A stretch of 64,000 nucleotides of DNA from a virus (Duplodnaviria > Caudoviricetes). This document shows positions 62,550-64,000 of this stretch, in pieces. Position numbers and translations under genes: made by a program. The stretch covers positions 64,001-128,000 of the IMG/VR virus record IMGVR_UViG_3300035182_002389; one strand, written 5' to 3'. How positions within the stretch are numbered: position 1 is the first letter of the stretch; every line of letters begins with the position of its first letter. The notes beneath the pieces were generated by a model. That model worked only from the letters and a program-made list of their open reading frames with translations, was not told the DNA's origin and searched no databases.

Positions 62550-62615
62550 AACAAGATCGGGAAACGCTCGCTGCGCTCGCTGGGAACGGGAACGGGAACG
62601 GGAACGGGAGCGGGC
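62550..62615 (+). repeat. dispersed repeat family B, copy 6
   Basis: AACAAGATCGGGAAACGCTCGCTGCGCTCGCTGGGAACGGGAACGGGAACGGGAACGGGAGCGGG. Confidence 0.85.
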
Positions 62616-62657
62616 AAGGCTTTGCCTCGCCCGCGTCGATCGGCGTAGACTCACGCC

Positions 62658-63758
62658 ATGCCGTACATCAAAGGCGCCTCCGAAGAGTCCGTCGCACAAA
62701 ATGTGGATTTTGCCCTTCGCGAAGGAAAAAGCCACGATCAGGCGATGGCCATCGCGCGCTCCTACGCGAACCGCGTGCTCAAGGCACGCCGCCACGTCTG
62801 GACCCAAGAGCGCGAGCGCATCTTCCAGGTCGGCGTTCGGATGGGCGTCGCGAAGTACCACGGCAAACGAGCGCGCCGCGACGCTCCGCCGAAGCATGTC
62901 CGCAAAGCTCGCGTCTTCGTTCGCCTCTCCTACCCCCTCGGCGACGGGACGCAGAAGCAGCAAGAGGCCGTCGCGCGAAAAGCCGACATGCGCATCTACG
63001 AAGCTGCCGGGGGCCGTCTCACGACCAAATCGGGCGGCGCGTATGGCCGCCTCGGGCATCGCTCGCACTCGTTCGAGTACGCGACCCCCGACAGCGCCCA
63101 GCGCGTGCTCCACGCCATCGAGAAGCTCAAGATCAAGGGCCTGAAGATCGGCATCGTCTCGATCGTATGGGACGAATCGGGCCGCGCGCAGTCGACCTCG
63201 CTGACCTCCTTGCCGGCCGCGAAGCCAGCCAAGAAGCCGGCCAAGAAGCCGGCGAAGGCCGCGAAGAAGCCGGCCAAGAAGAAGCCGGCGAAAGCCGCGA
63301 AGAAGAGGCCCGCGAAGGCCGCGAAGAAGCCTGCGAAGGCCGCGAAGAAGAAGCCCGCGAAGGCCGCGAAGAGGCCGGCGAAGGCTGCGAAGAAGCCGGT
63401 CAAGACCTCGACCAAGACCTCGACCAAGAGGACCTCCGCCAAGAAGGTCGTCCCGACCTTCGAGGTGTGGGGCTGGAAGGGCAACAAGGGTCACAAGCTC
63501 TCGACCCACACCCGCGAGACCAACGCCATCGAAGCGGCGAAAAAGATCAAGGGCTACGACAAGGTCCGAGTGCAAGTTCACATGGGGCGCGAAACCAAGA
63601 GCTTCACCGTGCAGGGGCCGCGCGGCGGCGTCGGCCGCGTCGGCGGCACGATGCCGAAGTCGCGCGGACCTGCGAAGAAGACGACCAAGAAGACGGCCAA
63701 GAAAGCGGCAAAGAAGTCTGCCAAGACCACGCGCCGGCAGAGCGTGCCGCCGTTCTGA
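62658..63758 (+). CDS. histone H1/AlgP-like Lys/Ala-rich protein with globular N-terminal domain
   Basis: KSHDQAMAIA N-terminal motif; many (P)AK(K/A)(P/A)AKK repeats; TAGACT 6 nt before the ATG. Confidence 0.8.
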   Translation: MPYIKGASEESVAQNVDFALREGKSHDQAMAIARSYANRVLKARRHVWTQERERIFQVGVRMGVAKYHGKRARRDAPPKHVRKARVFVRLSYPLGDGTQKQQEAVARKADMRIYEAAGGRLTTKSGGAYGRLGHRSHSFEYATPDSAQRVLHAIEKLKIKGLKIGIVSIVWDESGRAQSTSLTSLPAAKPAKKPAKKPAKAAKKPAKKKPAKAAKKRPAKAAKKPAKAAKKKPAKAAKRPAKAAKKPVKTSTKTSTKRTSAKKVVPTFEVWGWKGNKGHKLSTHTRETNAIEAAKKIKGYDKVRVQVHMGRETKSFTVQGPRGGVGRVGGTMPKSRGPAKKTTKKTAKKAAKKSAKTTRRQSVPPF

Positions 63759-63761
63759 GCT

Positions 63762-64000
63762 TCACCCTCCCGCGCCCACGCGAAGCGTGAGGAACAAGTG
63801 AGCGCCTTCGGCAAAACCGTAGGCGCTCACGAGTTTTGTGGTGCACGCAATCGTCACTCCATTTTCGTGGCGCAGCTCCCAATCCTCGCGCGGGCGCGAG
63901 GCATTCTGGCTCATGGAAAGCGCCTCTTCGATGAGGCTGTCGAGCGGCACGGCCTCGTGAAATCCAAGCGCAACTTCCTGCCCGTTCACGACGAAGGTGA
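63762..64000 (-). CDS. ubiquitin-like (beta-grasp, DUF2604-like) protein, 5' end outside the window
   Basis: TFVVNGQEV...EEAL..SQN...REDWELR...LFLTLRVGAGG-stop; C-terminal GG. Confidence 0.75.
   Translation of the reverse strand, partial: TFVVNGQEVALGFHEAVPLDSLIEEALSMSQNASRPREDWELRHENGVTIACTTKLVSAYGFAEGAHLFLTLRVGAGG

Overview
This window is high-GC (roughly two-thirds G+C by eye), gene-dense DNA with no housekeeping genes, rRNA, tRNA or CRISPR array that I could find. It reads as part of a large phage or phage-like element; this is an inference, because no capsid, terminase or portal gene is recognisable. A Myxococcota-like host is only a guess. Layout: (i) about 3.1-15.4 kb is a co-oriented + strand block of small overlapping genes (UvrD-like helicase, SSB, AAA/ABC ATPase, many Cys-rich hypotheticals) with TTGACA-type promoters. 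(ii) About 17.4-27.8 kb is a - strand block of fibre/spike-like and Gly-rich virion-type proteins. (iii) About 27.8-64 kb is a mixed-orientation array of short, largely monocistronic genes. These include stand-alone ART-, GNAT-, ParB-, papain- and HExxH-like domains, 11 N-terminally membrane-anchored proteins (two lie in block ii), PLD, CDP-alcohol phosphotransferase, M23 peptidase, a DUF1906 hydrolase, a bulb lectin, an orphan RelE/Gp49 toxin, a 5'-3' exonuclease, a histone-like protein and a ubiquitin-like protein. The most striking features are non-coding. A 15-bp dyad RRCTT-N5-AAGYC occurs 23 times at gene starts and is absent from the early block. Leaderless TANNNT-N6-8-ATG promoters are pervasive. 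Three families of hairpin-rich dispersed repeats share one strand polarity; they donate stop codons to genes, and one copy is inserted in-frame inside the exonuclease.
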